Part shown: piece by piece, positions 1 through 10,599 of the stretch
Position numbering within the stretch: position 1 is the first letter of the stretch
Layout of the letters: each line of letters begins with the position of its first letter
Source: Leptolyngbyaceae cyanobacterium
Lineage (GTDB): Bacteria; Cyanobacteriota; Cyanobacteriia; Phormidesmidales; Phormidesmidaceae
Direction: 5' to 3'
DNA: 64,000 nt
Assembly: GCA_965263355.1 (NCBI GenBank)
Contig: CBDHHL010000032.1
Span: forward strand, 1,600,001 to 1,664,000
Notes under the pieces: generated by a model
What the model was told of the DNA's origin: nothing
What the model saw: the letters and a program-made list of their open reading frames with translations, nothing else
Database searches by the model: none
Position numbers and translations under genes: made by a program

Positions 1-145
1 AACCTAATGTTGTGGTTAAAGTTGGTGGTAGCAACCCTGATGTTGAGACAGATAGTCCTGAAAATTAACATCGTTTTGATTAGTAGTCTCAACGAGTAGT
101 ACGGCATCAAGCTTGAGTCGACTACTTGCTTTGTGTATTACTGCT

Positions 146-1336
146 TCAGTTATTTTGGGGTAAGAATGCGGTTTGTCTTGGTAGAGGTGCAACTGGTTCA
201 CTGAGTTCAAATTTACCGTTGATGATCCAATCTTTAAGGGTAACTGCTACCTTACGTCCAAGGTAAAGACTGGAAAGAGGAGCTGTCCTGACTCGACTGC
301 CATTAATAGTCAGATGCCCAGATTTGAGTTGTTGATAGCTTACTAGGCCAAAGCTGGGACGCACCCGTCGGGGAATTGAAAAGTCAATCACTGGGGCAAG
401 AATATCTTTATCACCAATAGCACAGTTCTGTAATACGGACTGATCCAAAACCGGAATGGGTATCCCTACACCTAACATCAAGGAGGGGCCATAGCCGCTA
501 AAGTAACAACCACGTACCCACTCGGGTTGCATCTGTTTAGCATCACCAATCAGTGCAACAGTAGCAGATGGACCAATAGGGGTACCGTTGGGCAAACGTT
601 TTTGTAGCGGAAAGTGTTGGGTTCCTTCCCAGGCAATGTAACCAGGGGCACCCCCGATAAATAATCGACTGCCGATGCCGATGGTACGCATCTGGGGATC
701 GTTGAGCATGGGGGAAAGGGCACCCGCATTGGCATAGACGGCATTTCCTAAAAATGGCTGCAGTGGCCCCAGGTAGGTGAGCAAGGGGCGGTCGCTACTG
801 TTTACCCCCACAATAAAATTTTGGTAGAGATTGCGAGGGTTGAACAGGTAAAACTGGTTGATGGTATCGCGAGTGATGGAGATATCCAAGGTGGAGCGGG
901 GATAGCAGTCACTGACATGGCCAAGGGCTCTGAGATGGACCGATTTATCGGCAATCAGCTGGGCAATGATATGCCCTCCCCCGCGTTCACTGGTAATGAT
1001 GTCGCTACTGTCTGATGGATCTCCCCAGCGATTTCTGCCGGTGGTCTGGCTAGCTCCTAGATAGAGGTCTACAGCGCCAAACCCGGCATAGGCTAGTACC
1101 CCATCTAGATAACATTCGCGAATGTTAATGGGGGGATCGGTGTGGCCAAGATTGATAATGGCTCCCGATGATTCCATCGGTTCAAAGGTGCCGGTGGTAA
1201 CCACATCAACGATGGCGGTGGCGGTTTCCAAACCTAATTCGGCTACCTTTAATTTGGTTTCCTCGACGGTCCACACCGTAACGCTACCGGCTTTGATTTT
1301 TTGATTGATTTCAGCGATGGTACGGGAGATGACCAT
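146..1336 (-). CDS. Homocysteine biosynthesis protein (DUF39, aspartate-semialdehyde sulfurtransferase-like)
   Basis: 396 aa ORF with family motifs RTIAEINQKI, VDVVTTGTFEPMESSGA, NPRNLYQN and WEGTQH. Confidence 0.85.
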   Translation of the reverse strand: MVISRTIAEINQKIKAGSVTVWTVEETKLKVAELGLETATAIVDVVTTGTFEPMESSGAIINLGHTDPPINIRECYLDGVLAYAGFGAVDLYLGASQTTGRNRWGDPSDSSDIITSERGGGHIIAQLIADKSVHLRALGHVSDCYPRSTLDISITRDTINQFYLFNPRNLYQNFIVGVNSSDRPLLTYLGPLQPFLGNAVYANAGALSPMLNDPQMRTIGIGSRLFIGGAPGYIAWEGTQHFPLQKRLPNGTPIGPSATVALIGDAKQMQPEWVRGCYFSGYGPSLMLGVGIPIPVLDQSVLQNCAIGDKDILAPVIDFSIPRRVRPSFGLVSYQQLKSGHLTINGSRVRTAPLSSLYLGRKVAVTLKDWIINGKFELSEPVAPLPRQTAFLPQNN

Positions 1337-1348
1337 GTTTAGGCATGT

Positions 1349-1522
1349 TTAAGGCTGACTTAAACGGGTTAGGAGCCAGCCGCTAAGGATGCCCGTTGGC
1401 AGAAGTACCAGAATCAGGGCAGCGGATTCTGGCGGTGCCACACTAGGGCCCACCCATTTGATCAGGGCGCTGATAAACGCGGATGCGATCGCAATTTTCA
1501 ACACATACAACCCATTATCCAT
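1349..1522 (-). CDS. Small (57 aa) two-helix membrane protein, cyanobacterial conserved-hypothetical type
   Basis: Hand translation: MDNGLYVLKIAIASAFISALIKWVGPSVAPPESAALILVLLPTGILSGWLLTRLSQP. It fills the gap between prmA and the DUF39 gene on the same strand and is below the ORF-track cutoff. Confidence 0.75.
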   Translation of the reverse strand: MDNGLYVLKIAIASAFISALIKWVGPSVAPPESAALILVLLPTGILSGWLLTRLSQP

Positions 1523-1538
1523 AGTTAAAGCAATCGTC

Positions 1539-2429
1539 TTACGGACGACGAATATTTAGGCAACACCAATCCTCTCGCCGCCAGAGGGTAGCTACCGTCC
1601 AATTATGTTCTTCTAAAGTATCGGCGACCCATTTTGACTGCTCTAACAAAACACCGCTCAAAATACCCCAAGTAGACTCTTTAGCAATGGCATTAAATGA
1701 GGGAATTAACTCGACAATGATCTCCGCCAGGATATTACATAAAATGCCATCCACAGGTTCACTCACTTTGAGACTTTCAATACTACCCTGGGCCACTTGA
1801 ATCCGCCCGGATTCGAGGCCATTGAGCGCACAATTTTCAGTGGTTGCCTTGACAGCCAGTGGGTCCGTGTCCACGGCATAAACCGTTTGGGCCCCTAACA
1901 GCAATGCCCCGATAGATAAGATGCCTGAGCCACAACCAATGTCTGCCAGTGAGAGGGCCGCTGCACTGGGGTCACCAAGGCGCATTTCCAACGACTCCAG
2001 ACAAAGCTGAGTAGTGGGGTGAGTGCCTGTGCCAAAGGCGGTACCTGGGTCAAGTTTGATCACTAACCGTGATGACTCATCAGGAGGATCCATCCAGGCC
2101 GGATTGATGAGCAGGCGGTCACCAATGGGTTGCGGTTGCCAATACTTTTTCCAACTTTTGGACCAATCCTCATCCTCAATCAGGCTCCAGGTCACATCAG
2201 GTAGCTCATGGCTACCAAGACATAGCGCATCCTGCTGGAATCGTAGGGCCAATGCCGCTAAATCCACATTACAAAACTGCTGTTGCGGAAAATAGGCTTT
2301 AATCCGACTTTGGTACCCCCAGCGTTCGCTAGCGGTACCTCGACCATTCCAATTATCAAACCGCCAGAAGACTGTATCTTCGAGCAACGGGGAGCAGGTA
2401 ACTTGTATCTCCCACCAAGTATTTGCCAA
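1539..2429 (-). CDS. prmA: 50S ribosomal protein L11 methyltransferase
   Basis: Motifs [24 protein letters not shown] and NILAEII. Confidence 0.95.
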   Translation of the reverse strand: MANTWWEIQVTCSPLLEDTVFWRFDNWNGRGTASERWGYQSRIKAYFPQQQFCNVDLAALALRFQQDALCLGSHELPDVTWSLIEDEDWSKSWKKYWQPQPIGDRLLINPAWMDPPDESSRLVIKLDPGTAFGTGTHPTTQLCLESLEMRLGDPSAAALSLADIGCGSGILSIGALLLGAQTVYAVDTDPLAVKATTENCALNGLESGRIQVAQGSIESLKVSEPVDGILCNILAEIIVELIPSFNAIAKESTWGILSGVLLEQSKWVADTLEEHNWTVATLWRREDWCCLNIRRP

Positions 2430-2505
2430 GGGTTTATTTGGGGTATACAGAATTCATCACAGTCACGTTAAGGAATGGCCCCAACGTGACCATGGTTCAC
2501 CAATT

Positions 2506-4086
2506 CTACAGGGCGACGGTGTAGGCATCACGAATGCCAGGCACTTTTGTGATTTCTTCGAGAATACCCTCTGGCAGCGGATCATCAATGCTGAGGACCA
2601 TCACCGCATCCCCACGAACAATCTGACGTCCTACCTGCATGCTGGCAATGTTGACATTAAAGCTCCCTAGCAGCGAGCCAATTTTGCCGATAATCCCTGG
2701 CATGTCACGGTGCAGGGTAAACAGCATGTACTTGGTTGGTGGCACGTTAATGGGGAACTGATTGACATCAGTAATACGAACTTCGGTACCGCCGAGAATA
2801 ATACCGGTTACCGAATGTTCACCCAGGGAGCCTTGAGCTGAAACATAGAGAGAACCTGTAAAGTCTTTGATACTAGCATCGCGGGTTTCAATCACCTTAA
2901 TGCCACGCTCCTTGGCCTCAATCGATGCATTCACATAGTTGACACGCTCTCTCAAGGCGTTGGTCAATAGGCCTTTAAGTGTAGCAATGACAATGGGTTT
3001 GCTGTCTTGGTTAGCCAACTCTCCCTGAAGCCGAATTTGAACTTGCTCTACCCGTCCTCCGGCCAATTGTCCGACCAGATTACCCAAGGTTTCTGCCAAC
3101 TCAAGGTAGGGGCGCAGTTTTTTAAGCACATCGGGGCGGAGTCCAGGAATATTAACGGCAGACCGAGCCGGTAGCCCCAATAAAACATCCCGAATTTGCT
3201 CGGCAACATCGACCGCAACGTTAATTTGGGCTTCAGTGGTAGATGCACCTAGGTGGGGTGTGAGAACAACAGACTTACCCAGTTCTCTGAGAGGACTTTC
3301 GCCCAGGGGCTCTTCTTCATAAACATCAATGGCTGCACCGGCAATGGTCCCATTTTTTACCGCCTCATACAGGGCAGCTTCATCAATGATGCCACCTCGG
3401 GCACAGTTGATAATACGAGCTGTGGGCTTCATCTTGGCTAGGGCCTCAGCATTAACCAAATGAGCAGTTTCGGGTGTTTTGGGAATGTGTAGAGTGATGT
3501 AATCAGCTTCTTGGAAAAGCAGATCTAAATCCACTAAACTGCAACCTAACTCAGTGGCGCGCTCCTTTGAAATAAATGGGTCATAGGCCAGAATAGTCAT
3601 GCCCATTGAGCGAGCGACGGTGGCTACATGGGAGCCAATTTTACCAAGACCGACAACACCGAGAGTTTTTTTGTAGACCTCGACACCCGTAAACTGCTTA
3701 CGATTCCAGGCGGAGGCTTTAACTGATTTATCAGCTTCAGGAATATTGCGTGACAGCGACAGCATCATGGCCAAAGCATGTTCAGCTGCAGCAATAGTAT
3801 TGCCTTCAGGGGAGTTCACTACTACAATGCCCCGACGAGTAGCCGCAGCTACGTCGACGTTGTCAACGCCAACACCAGCCCGACCAATGATTTTGAGCTG
3901 GCTAGCGGCTGCAATAACATCGCTAGTAACCTTGGTGCCTGAACGAATCATCAAGGCATCATAGTCAGGAATTAGCTGAACAAGTTCTTCGGGAGGAAGT
4001 TTGGTTTTGACATCAACTTGGGCCACCTGGGCCAAAATATCGAGACCAGATTGGTCGATCGGGTCGGAGACAAGTACCTTCGGCAT
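2506..4086 (-). CDS. serA: D-3-phosphoglycerate dehydrogenase
   Basis: Motifs RAGVGVDNVD, GLGKIG and TPHLGAST, plus a C-terminal ACT domain. Confidence 0.97.
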   Translation of the reverse strand: MPKVLVSDPIDQSGLDILAQVAQVDVKTKLPPEELVQLIPDYDALMIRSGTKVTSDVIAAASQLKIIGRAGVGVDNVDVAAATRRGIVVVNSPEGNTIAAAEHALAMMLSLSRNIPEADKSVKASAWNRKQFTGVEVYKKTLGVVGLGKIGSHVATVARSMGMTILAYDPFISKERATELGCSLVDLDLLFQEADYITLHIPKTPETAHLVNAEALAKMKPTARIINCARGGIIDEAALYEAVKNGTIAGAAIDVYEEEPLGESPLRELGKSVVLTPHLGASTTEAQINVAVDVAEQIRDVLLGLPARSAVNIPGLRPDVLKKLRPYLELAETLGNLVGQLAGGRVEQVQIRLQGELANQDSKPIVIATLKGLLTNALRERVNYVNASIEAKERGIKVIETRDASIKDFTGSLYVSAQGSLGEHSVTGIILGGTEVRITDVNQFPINVPPTKYMLFTLHRDMPGIIGKIGSLLGSFNVNIASMQVGRQIVRGDAVMVLSIDDPLPEGILEEITKVPGIRDAYTVAL

Positions 4087-4211
4087 AGTTGGGTGAATTT
4101 TTTTTCACAAGGAACTATCGTACTGCATTGCTGCAGGGGATTCTTCCTTTGGGAAATTATGGATCGCAGATACAGTTGCCAATGTTACAAAACGTTTAAG
4201 TTTTTTGACGG

Positions 4212-4261
4212 GCGATCCCCTTGTAGGAATGTTCCATGGAACATTCCTACAAGGGGATCGC
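4212..4261. repeat. Perfect 50-bp palindrome (REP-like) between hemW and serA
   Basis: GCGATCCCCTTGTAGGAATGTTCCA followed directly by its exact reverse complement, with no loop. Confidence 0.9.
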
Positions 4262-5466
4262 TACTGTTCAATGAGTTGTTCAATACCGTTAAAGAGATCG
4301 GCTAGGACAGTATTAGAGATGAGAAAACCATCGGGATCGCTGAGCCTGAGTCGATTGTTTTCCAATATCGCTGAGCCTGCGGCCAGATAGGTTTGTAACT
4401 GGCCCCTGACCATTTGGGTAAACGCTGCTCCAAAGGCTTGGGTAAAGGGTGCCAGGTCAATGCCTGATGACAGTCTGAGGCCAACCATTAGACTGTCGGT
4501 AAGTTGCTCGGTCAGAGGCATTGTGGGCTCGTCCAGGGTACCGTCGGCCTGCTGATAATTATTCAGCCATTGACGATAGTTTTTTTGAGTGCGGGGTCGG
4601 GCGACTCGCTGTGCCTGAGTGTAGCTAGTCGCCCCCATACCAAAACCATAGAAGGGACGGTTTTCCCAATAGGTACGGTTATGACGACATTGGTGACCGG
4701 GTTGGGCGTAGTTGGAAATTTCGTAATGGTCGTAGCCTGCGGTGGTCAGGGTCTGCTGGGCTAACCGATACATTTCAACAGTGTTGGTTTCGCTAGGTAA
4801 AGGCGTTTGACCGGGCTGATATTGTTTGCCGAAGGGGGTGCGTGGTTCGATGGTGAGGTCGTAGATGGATAAATGATGGGGGTGGAGTGCGATCGCACTC
4901 ATCAACGCGTCTTGCCACTGCTCCAGCGTCTGATAGGGCAGTCCAGAAATCAGATCCAAGCTCCAGCTAGGTACCTGGCTGCGGTGCATATCATCCACTG
5001 CGCGGTAAACATCGGCCAATCGATGGAATCGCCCACACCGTTCCAGTAATTGATCATCAAATGCTTGTACTCCCAGACTGATCCGATTTACTCCAAGGGC
5101 ACAGTAGCCCTGCACATGGTCGAGATCAAAGGTGCCTGGATCCATTTCCATGGAAATTTCTACATTGGCCGTCAATCCAAACCGTTGTGTAAGGCTGCTT
5201 AAGATTTGCTCCAACTGTTTAACGGACAGTAATGATGGGGTACCCCCCCCAAAAAAGACCGTTGTCAAGGCTGGTCCCAACACAGGAGTTACCTCTATTT
5301 CCTGACATAGCCAATCGACATAGGTGCGAATAGTGCCCGAAGTTTCTCCCCGCTGCCGATTGCCAATGACTGAAATCGGAAAGTCACAATAAAAGCAACG
5401 ACGACGACAAAATGGGATATGAACATAGGCCGACGTAGGGTCCGACCTAAGAGCCGATAGGGGCAT
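4261..5466 (-). CDS. hemW: Radical SAM heme chaperone HemW (HemN-like)
   Basis: Motifs YVHIPFCRRRCFYCDF, GGGTPS, HYEISNYA and HNRTYW. Confidence 0.92.
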   Translation of the reverse strand: MPLSALRSDPTSAYVHIPFCRRRCFYCDFPISVIGNRQRGETSGTIRTYVDWLCQEIEVTPVLGPALTTVFFGGGTPSLLSVKQLEQILSSLTQRFGLTANVEISMEMDPGTFDLDHVQGYCALGVNRISLGVQAFDDQLLERCGRFHRLADVYRAVDDMHRSQVPSWSLDLISGLPYQTLEQWQDALMSAIALHPHHLSIYDLTIEPRTPFGKQYQPGQTPLPSETNTVEMYRLAQQTLTTAGYDHYEISNYAQPGHQCRHNRTYWENRPFYGFGMGATSYTQAQRVARPRTQKNYRQWLNNYQQADGTLDEPTMPLTEQLTDSLMVGLRLSSGIDLAPFTQAFGAAFTQMVRGQLQTYLAAGSAILENNRLRLSDPDGFLISNTVLADLFNGIEQLIEQ

Positions 5467-5555
5467 AGGAACGTAAAAGCATTTAGTAAGGAACCCAATG
5501 GTGGGAACATGAGTGATTATAATGTCGTTGTTCGAGCCTTCCCAGGGATTATGAG

Positions 5556-5603
5556 TAAACCTTGTCTAGGTCCAGAACGGTCGTTTTGACCTAGACAAGG
5601 TTT
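5556..5603. repeat. Short copy of a dispersed inverted-repeat element (family also at 11890 and 26416)
   Basis: Perfect 16-bp inverted repeat AAACCTTGTCTAGGTC / GACCTAGACAAGGTTT. The GTCCAG..GTCG interior is shared with the other two copies. Confidence 0.75.
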
Positions 5604-5651
5604 GGTGCAACATCCTCTCAATCAGCAGACATTAAGGTCGACATCATTCGA

Positions 5652-6731
5652 ATGCTAGATGCATTAATTATCATTTCATTCATTTTTGCAGGTGCAGGTA
5701 TTGGCTTTTATAGCATTGACCTGTTGCCTATGCAGGTTTTAGACCAGGTCAATAACATTGAGGGTTTGGGGACTGTCATGGCCGGGTTTGGCGGTCTAAT
5801 TGGTACCGGCTTAGGGCTTGTCGCCCAAACCAGCTATCGTCGGTTTGAAAAGCAAGTTCGTACCCTACCGCCCGATCGCATCTTTGCCCGAGCCATTGGC
5901 CTGATTTTAGGCTTATTAATTGCCAATCTGATTTTGGCTCCTGTTTTTCTATTACCCATTCCAAGGGAGTTTAACTTTATCAAACCCCTTGCTGCGGTGA
6001 TGAACAGCATTATATTTGCAGTGTCAGGGATGAATCTGGCCGATACCCAAGGGCGCGCACTATTGCGGTTGGTTAACCCTGGCAGTGTCGAAAGCATGCT
6101 GATTGCCGAAGGTACGCTAAAACCCTCGGCGTCTAAAATTTTAGATACTAGCTGTATTATCGATGGCCGCATAGAAGGCCTGTTGGAAACTAACTTTTTA
6201 GAGGGGCAAATTGTCGTTCCCCAGTTTGTTTTACAGGAGTTGCAAGCCGTTGCCGATGCGGCCAACGATCAAAAGCGGGCTCGGGGTAGACGGGGGTTAG
6301 ATATTCTCAATCGCTTGCGCACAGCCTATCCTGACCGGGTGGTTGTCGATCCGGCAGACTATGCCGATGTGGCTACCGTAGACGCCAAGCTGGTTAAGCT
6401 GGCCCAGGAAATGAATGCCATGCTACTGACCAACGACTACAATCTCAGCAAAGTAGCTCGGGTGCAGCAGGTACGCATACTCAACATTAACGACCTGGCC
6501 AAGGCGATTCGTCCGGCTTATCTGCCTGGGGATGACATTGAGATCAAGATTCTCAAGGAAGGTAAGGAAGATGCCCAGGGCGTGGGGTATTTGAACGATG
6601 GCACCATGGTGGTGGTGGAAGCTGGCAAAGGCTACATTGGCAACAATGTCTTGGTGGTGGTAACCGGAGCGCTACAAACGTCAGCAGGTCGCATGATCTT
6701 TGCGCGTCCCAAGCGAGCGACAGCGGCTTAA
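5652..6731 (+). CDS. PIN/TRAM domain membrane protein (YacL family)
   Basis: N-terminal transmembrane helices, PIN motifs ILDTSCIIDGRI and TNDYNLSKVA, TRAM motifs GYLNDGTMVVVE and QTSAGRMIFA. Confidence 0.93.
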   Translation: MLDALIIISFIFAGAGIGFYSIDLLPMQVLDQVNNIEGLGTVMAGFGGLIGTGLGLVAQTSYRRFEKQVRTLPPDRIFARAIGLILGLLIANLILAPVFLLPIPREFNFIKPLAAVMNSIIFAVSGMNLADTQGRALLRLVNPGSVESMLIAEGTLKPSASKILDTSCIIDGRIEGLLETNFLEGQIVVPQFVLQELQAVADAANDQKRARGRRGLDILNRLRTAYPDRVVVDPADYADVATVDAKLVKLAQEMNAMLLTNDYNLSKVARVQQVRILNINDLAKAIRPAYLPGDDIEIKILKEGKEDAQGVGYLNDGTMVVVEAGKGYIGNNVLVVVTGALQTSAGRMIFARPKRATAA

Positions 6732-6732
6732 C

Positions 6733-6811
6733 GCGGCAAGAAGCCCGGTTTCTCGATCTTGGATAACGTTTGCAGAGATCCCAAGGCTCAGAAATCGGGC
6801 TTCTACGCCGC
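6733..6811. repeat. Small dispersed palindromic repeat / bidirectional terminator between convergent genes
   Basis: Inverted arms AGAAGCCCGGTTTCT (6739-6753) and AGAAATCGGGCTTCT (6790-6804), flanked by GCGGC/GCCGC. Confidence 0.7.
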
Positions 6812-8419
6812 CTACTCCCACTCGATGGTGCCAGGGGGCTTTGAGGTAATGTCATAAACCACGCGGTTAACCCCATCAACCTCATTCACGATGCGGTTCG
6901 AAATGACCTCGAGCAAATCGTAGGACGGACGTGACCAGTCAGCGGTCATGCCATCTTCACTGCTAACAAAGCGTAAGACGATGGGATGGGCATAGGTGCG
7001 TTGATCTCCCATAACACCGACGCTACGCACGGGCAATAACACGGCAAATGCTTGCCAAAAGTCGTGGTATAGACCCCGATTGCGGATTTCTTCGCGCACA
7101 ATGTAGTCAGCATTACGCAAAATATTTAACCGTTCCGCTGTTACTTCACCTAGAATGCGAATAGCTAAACCGGGTCCAGGGAAGGGTTGACGTCGCACAA
7201 TTTCGTCGGGTAATCCAACGGAGCGCCCCACCCTACGCACTTCATCTTTAAACAACTTGCGCAGGGGTTCAATCAACTTAAACTGCAAATCCTTAGGCAG
7301 GCCACCGACATTATGGTGGCTTTTAATTTTAACGGCTACCCGCTCGCCAGTTTTGGGATCTACGTTAGTGTCTGCGGACTCAATCACGTCAGGATAAAGG
7401 GTGCCCTGGGCCAGATAGTCAAAGGGGCCTAAACGCTTAGATTCTTCTTCAAACACCCGAATAAATTCGTGACCAATACGCTTACGCTTTTCCTCTGGAT
7501 CGGTCACACCCTTGATTTTCTCTAGGAAGCGATCGCGAGCCTGGACATATTCAACCTTGATGTGGAATTGCTGATCAAATAGGTCTACCAACCGTTCGGG
7601 TTCACCCTTACGCATAAACCCCTGGTCGATAAACATACATGTGAGTTGTTCTCCAATGGCCCGATGGAGTAGAAACGCTAGTGTGGATGAATCCACCCCC
7701 CCTGACAGCGCCAGTAAAACCCGCTTTTTGCCCACTTTAGCCCGCACTTCACGAATCGCTTCTTCGACAAACGCTTCGGTAGTCCAAGTTGGTTCACAGC
7801 GGCAAATGTGATAAACAAAGTTACAAATTAACGCCTGACCATCGACGGAATGCACCACTTCTGGATGGAACTGTACACCATAGAACCCTTGTGCATGGTT
7901 TGCGATCGCAGCACTGGGCGTATTATCCGTATGGGCTAACACTTCAAACCCTTGGGGTAACTTAGTGACCGAGTCACCATGGCTCATCCACATGGTGGAG
8001 CCATCACCGACATTCGTGAGTAAATCCGTCGGGTCATCAATGTGCAAGCACGCCTTCCCATATTCGCCCCGTTGAGCGGTTTCCACTTGCCCCCCCAGCT
8101 GCTGCACCATCAGCTGCATGCCGTAGCACACCCCTAAGATAGGAATATCCAAGTCCCAAATAGCTGGATCACATTTGGGCGCATTGTCAGCATAGACCGA
8201 GTTAGGACCACCGGACAGAATAATGCCCCGAGGATTAAGCTGACGAATTTTCTCAGCTGAGGTGCGATAGGAAAGAACTTCTGAGTAAACTTGAGTCTCA
8301 CGAATACGACGGGCAATCAACTCAGAATACTGGGAACCAAAATCGAGAATAATGAGCATCTGACGGTTAAACTCAGACGGTTTGGTAGATGCTGTAATGG
8401 CGGGAGTTTGTGCAGTCAC
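6812..8419 (-). CDS. guaA: GMP synthase (glutamine-hydrolysing)
   Basis: Motifs [30 protein letters not shown] and [12 protein letters not shown]. Confidence 0.98.
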   Translation of the reverse strand: MTAQTPAITASTKPSEFNRQMLIILDFGSQYSELIARRIRETQVYSEVLSYRTSAEKIRQLNPRGIILSGGPNSVYADNAPKCDPAIWDLDIPILGVCYGMQLMVQQLGGQVETAQRGEYGKACLHIDDPTDLLTNVGDGSTMWMSHGDSVTKLPQGFEVLAHTDNTPSAAIANHAQGFYGVQFHPEVVHSVDGQALICNFVYHICRCEPTWTTEAFVEEAIREVRAKVGKKRVLLALSGGVDSSTLAFLLHRAIGEQLTCMFIDQGFMRKGEPERLVDLFDQQFHIKVEYVQARDRFLEKIKGVTDPEEKRKRIGHEFIRVFEEESKRLGPFDYLAQGTLYPDVIESADTNVDPKTGERVAVKIKSHHNVGGLPKDLQFKLIEPLRKLFKDEVRRVGRSVGLPDEIVRRQPFPGPGLAIRILGEVTAERLNILRNADYIVREEIRNRGLYHDFWQAFAVLLPVRSVGVMGDQRTYAHPIVLRFVSSEDGMTADWSRPSYDLLEVISNRIVNEVDGVNRVVYDITSKPPGTIEWE

Positions 8420-8860
8420 GGATAGGTCCTGAAGCTGAAGTGGGCGGAAAACAGATTTAACTTATTTTAGTGAGTTACTTATTAAACGCTACTAATTGAT
8501 TGCCTGGAGGTATTTGAGAGACATTACAGACCAATGATGTAATTCCAGGTGAGCAACGGGGATCATGCTCAATCTCAATTGAAAATATTTTATCTAGAGT
8601 AGCAAACCACGGTATTAATGCTTCACTCTTGGCGAGCACTTACAAAATTTGATGCCGGTAATCAACTGGATTAACCCTGATCTAAAAGATTGCAACCGCT
8701 ATGATGTAGACACTGTACTCAACCTATTTACTCAGACGCTAAAGCCCCTGACAAACCGTGTCTTAAACGATGTCTAGGTTGACGTCTAAAATTATATTTA
8801 GGCCAAAACAACCGTTTTAGATATGACCATGGCTTGGTGAAGGCTATTTTACAAAACCCT

Positions 8861-9889
8861 ATGAATTCCATCGATTATCTTCGTATTAGCCTGATTGACC
8901 GCTGTAATTTTCAGTGCCTGTACTGCATGCCGGAGGGGGCTGACCTCACTTATGTATTGCGAGAGTTCTGGTTAAGTCATGGGGAAATTTTAACCCTGTT
9001 AAAGGGCGTATTTATCCCATTAGGATTTACAAAATTTCGCTTGACGGGGGGCGAGCCCCTATTACGTCCAGGTATTGTGCAATTGGTGGATGAGATTGCC
9101 CATTTACCAGAGACAACAGATCTGGCCCTGACCACCAACGCGTTTAAGTTAGAAAAACTAGCTCAACCTTTGTACGATGCTGGATTAAAGCGCATCAATA
9201 TTAGTTTGGACTCATTACAGCCAGACACATTTGAAACCATTGTTGGTAAACCGTTATCGAATACGGCTAGGCAACTAGCAACAGATGCTCCAGCTAACTA
9301 TAGTCGCTGGCAACAGGTGTGGAAAGGGATTCAAATGGCTCATCAGGTGGGCTTTGACCCCCTTAAGCTTAATGTTGTTGTTATTCCAGATGTAAATGAC
9401 CATGAGATTTTAGATCTGGCCGCCTTGACCCTCGATAGGAATTGGCATGTAAGGTTTATCGAGTTTATGCCAATCGGTAACGATGACCTATTTACTACCA
9501 AAGGTTGGATTGATTCTGAAACCATTCGACAACAGATTCGAGATCGTTGGGGGCTAAAAGAGTCCAGGGTGTGCGGTAATGGTCCGGCAGATGTTTTTAA
9601 GATTCCAGGGGCAAAAGGAACGTTAGGATTTATTAGTCAAATGTCAGAGTGCTTTTGCGATCGCTGCAACCGAATGAGACTCTCCGCCGATGGCTGGTTG
9701 CGCCCTTGTCTGTTAAATGAGACAGGCCAGCTTAATTTGCGAGATGCCTTACGCAGCGGAGAATCCATTGCAACTATTCGAGCCCGAGTCGGCAATTTAG
9801 TCGCTAACAAACCAGAGATTAACTTCAAAATGCGAGAATCGGGTGCTACCGGGGCTTATAGTCGTACAATGTCCCAAATTGGCGGTTAA
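8861..9889 (+). CDS. moaA: GTP 3',8-cyclase
   Basis: CNFQCLYC radical SAM motif, [16 protein letters not shown] and a C-terminal MSQIGG. Start placed at the ATG at 8861. Confidence 0.95.
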   Translation: MNSIDYLRISLIDRCNFQCLYCMPEGADLTYVLREFWLSHGEILTLLKGVFIPLGFTKFRLTGGEPLLRPGIVQLVDEIAHLPETTDLALTTNAFKLEKLAQPLYDAGLKRINISLDSLQPDTFETIVGKPLSNTARQLATDAPANYSRWQQVWKGIQMAHQVGFDPLKLNVVVIPDVNDHEILDLAALTLDRNWHVRFIEFMPIGNDDLFTTKGWIDSETIRQQIRDRWGLKESRVCGNGPADVFKIPGAKGTLGFISQMSECFCDRCNRMRLSADGWLRPCLLNETGQLNLRDALRSGESIATIRARVGNLVANKPEINFKMRESGATGAYSRTMSQIGG

Positions 9890-9918
9890 ATACAAAAGTT
9901 TGCGTCAAGTGAGCACCT

Positions 9919-10458
9919 TTATGACACTGGATGCCTAGCCAAAAATGCAAGGACATCCGAACACCATTTTAACCAGCTCTCTTCATAGGCAATCCCTCGT
10001 TTCATGGTGAGGTATTTAAACTGTTGTTCTATGGGAAAGTCAGCCTCACCTAAGCAGGCTTCCTCAGCCTGGAACTTCTCTAACTGGGCCTGATGCAGCG
10101 CTTGGCGATGATGTAATTCTTTAAGTAGTAGCTCGCGGGGCATTTTGTAGCCAATCATGGTCTTAACCAACAAATCTTCTCGGATTTGTGTACGTTCCGT
10201 CGGCTCCCCATACCAGCGAATGAGTTCATCCCGTCCGGCCTGGGTAATACTGTAAATCTTTTTATCTGGCTTGCCTTCTTGGGGGATTTTCTCAAAATCA
10301 ACCCAACCCTGGGTCTTCATCTTAGTCAACTCCCGGTAAACCTGTTGTTGCGTAGCTTTCCAAAAGCAACTAAGCCCTTCATCAAAGCGCTTACTAATGC
10401 CATATCCACTATCGGGTTGCTGGGATAATAATGCCAAAATGGTTTGGGCTAAGGCCAT
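9919..10458 (-). CDS. PadR/AphA-family transcriptional regulator
   Basis: Motifs SGYGISKRF, QQQVYREL and PDKKIYSIT; divergent from the efflux operon. Confidence 0.92.
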   Translation of the reverse strand: MALAQTILALLSQQPDSGYGISKRFDEGLSCFWKATQQQVYRELTKMKTQGWVDFEKIPQEGKPDKKIYSITQAGRDELIRWYGEPTERTQIREDLLVKTMIGYKMPRELLLKELHHRQALHQAQLEKFQAEEACLGEADFPIEQQFKYLTMKRGIAYEESWLKWCSDVLAFLARHPVS

Positions 10459-10486
10459 AAAGCTTACAGACTAAACTAAATTTTTA

Positions 10487-10547
10487 TTGACATATTCAAT
10501 ATGTTGAATATAGGCTGTGAGGAAAACATAATCAACATGTTGAATAC
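10487..10547 (+). promoter_or_regulatory. Promoter of the RND operon with two palindromic operators (likely PadR sites)
   Basis: TTGACA at 10487-10492 and TAGGCT at 10511-10516. Palindromes ATATTCAATATGTTGAATAT (10492-10511) and TCAACATGTTGA (10532-10543). Confidence 0.7.
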
Positions 10548-10599
10548 TAATATATTTGTATATTAATTAAGTGAATATCAACTATTTGGATAGTACCCA

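Noticed and set aside
1..68. Possible 3' end of a plus-strand gene (PNVVVKVGGSNPDVETDSPEN*)
   Set aside because: Too short to identify or to confirm as coding.
9245..9305. Apparent short insertion in MoaA ([18 protein letters not shown])
   Set aside because: Judged only from memory of homologs; no intein or repeat hallmarks, probably a variable loop.
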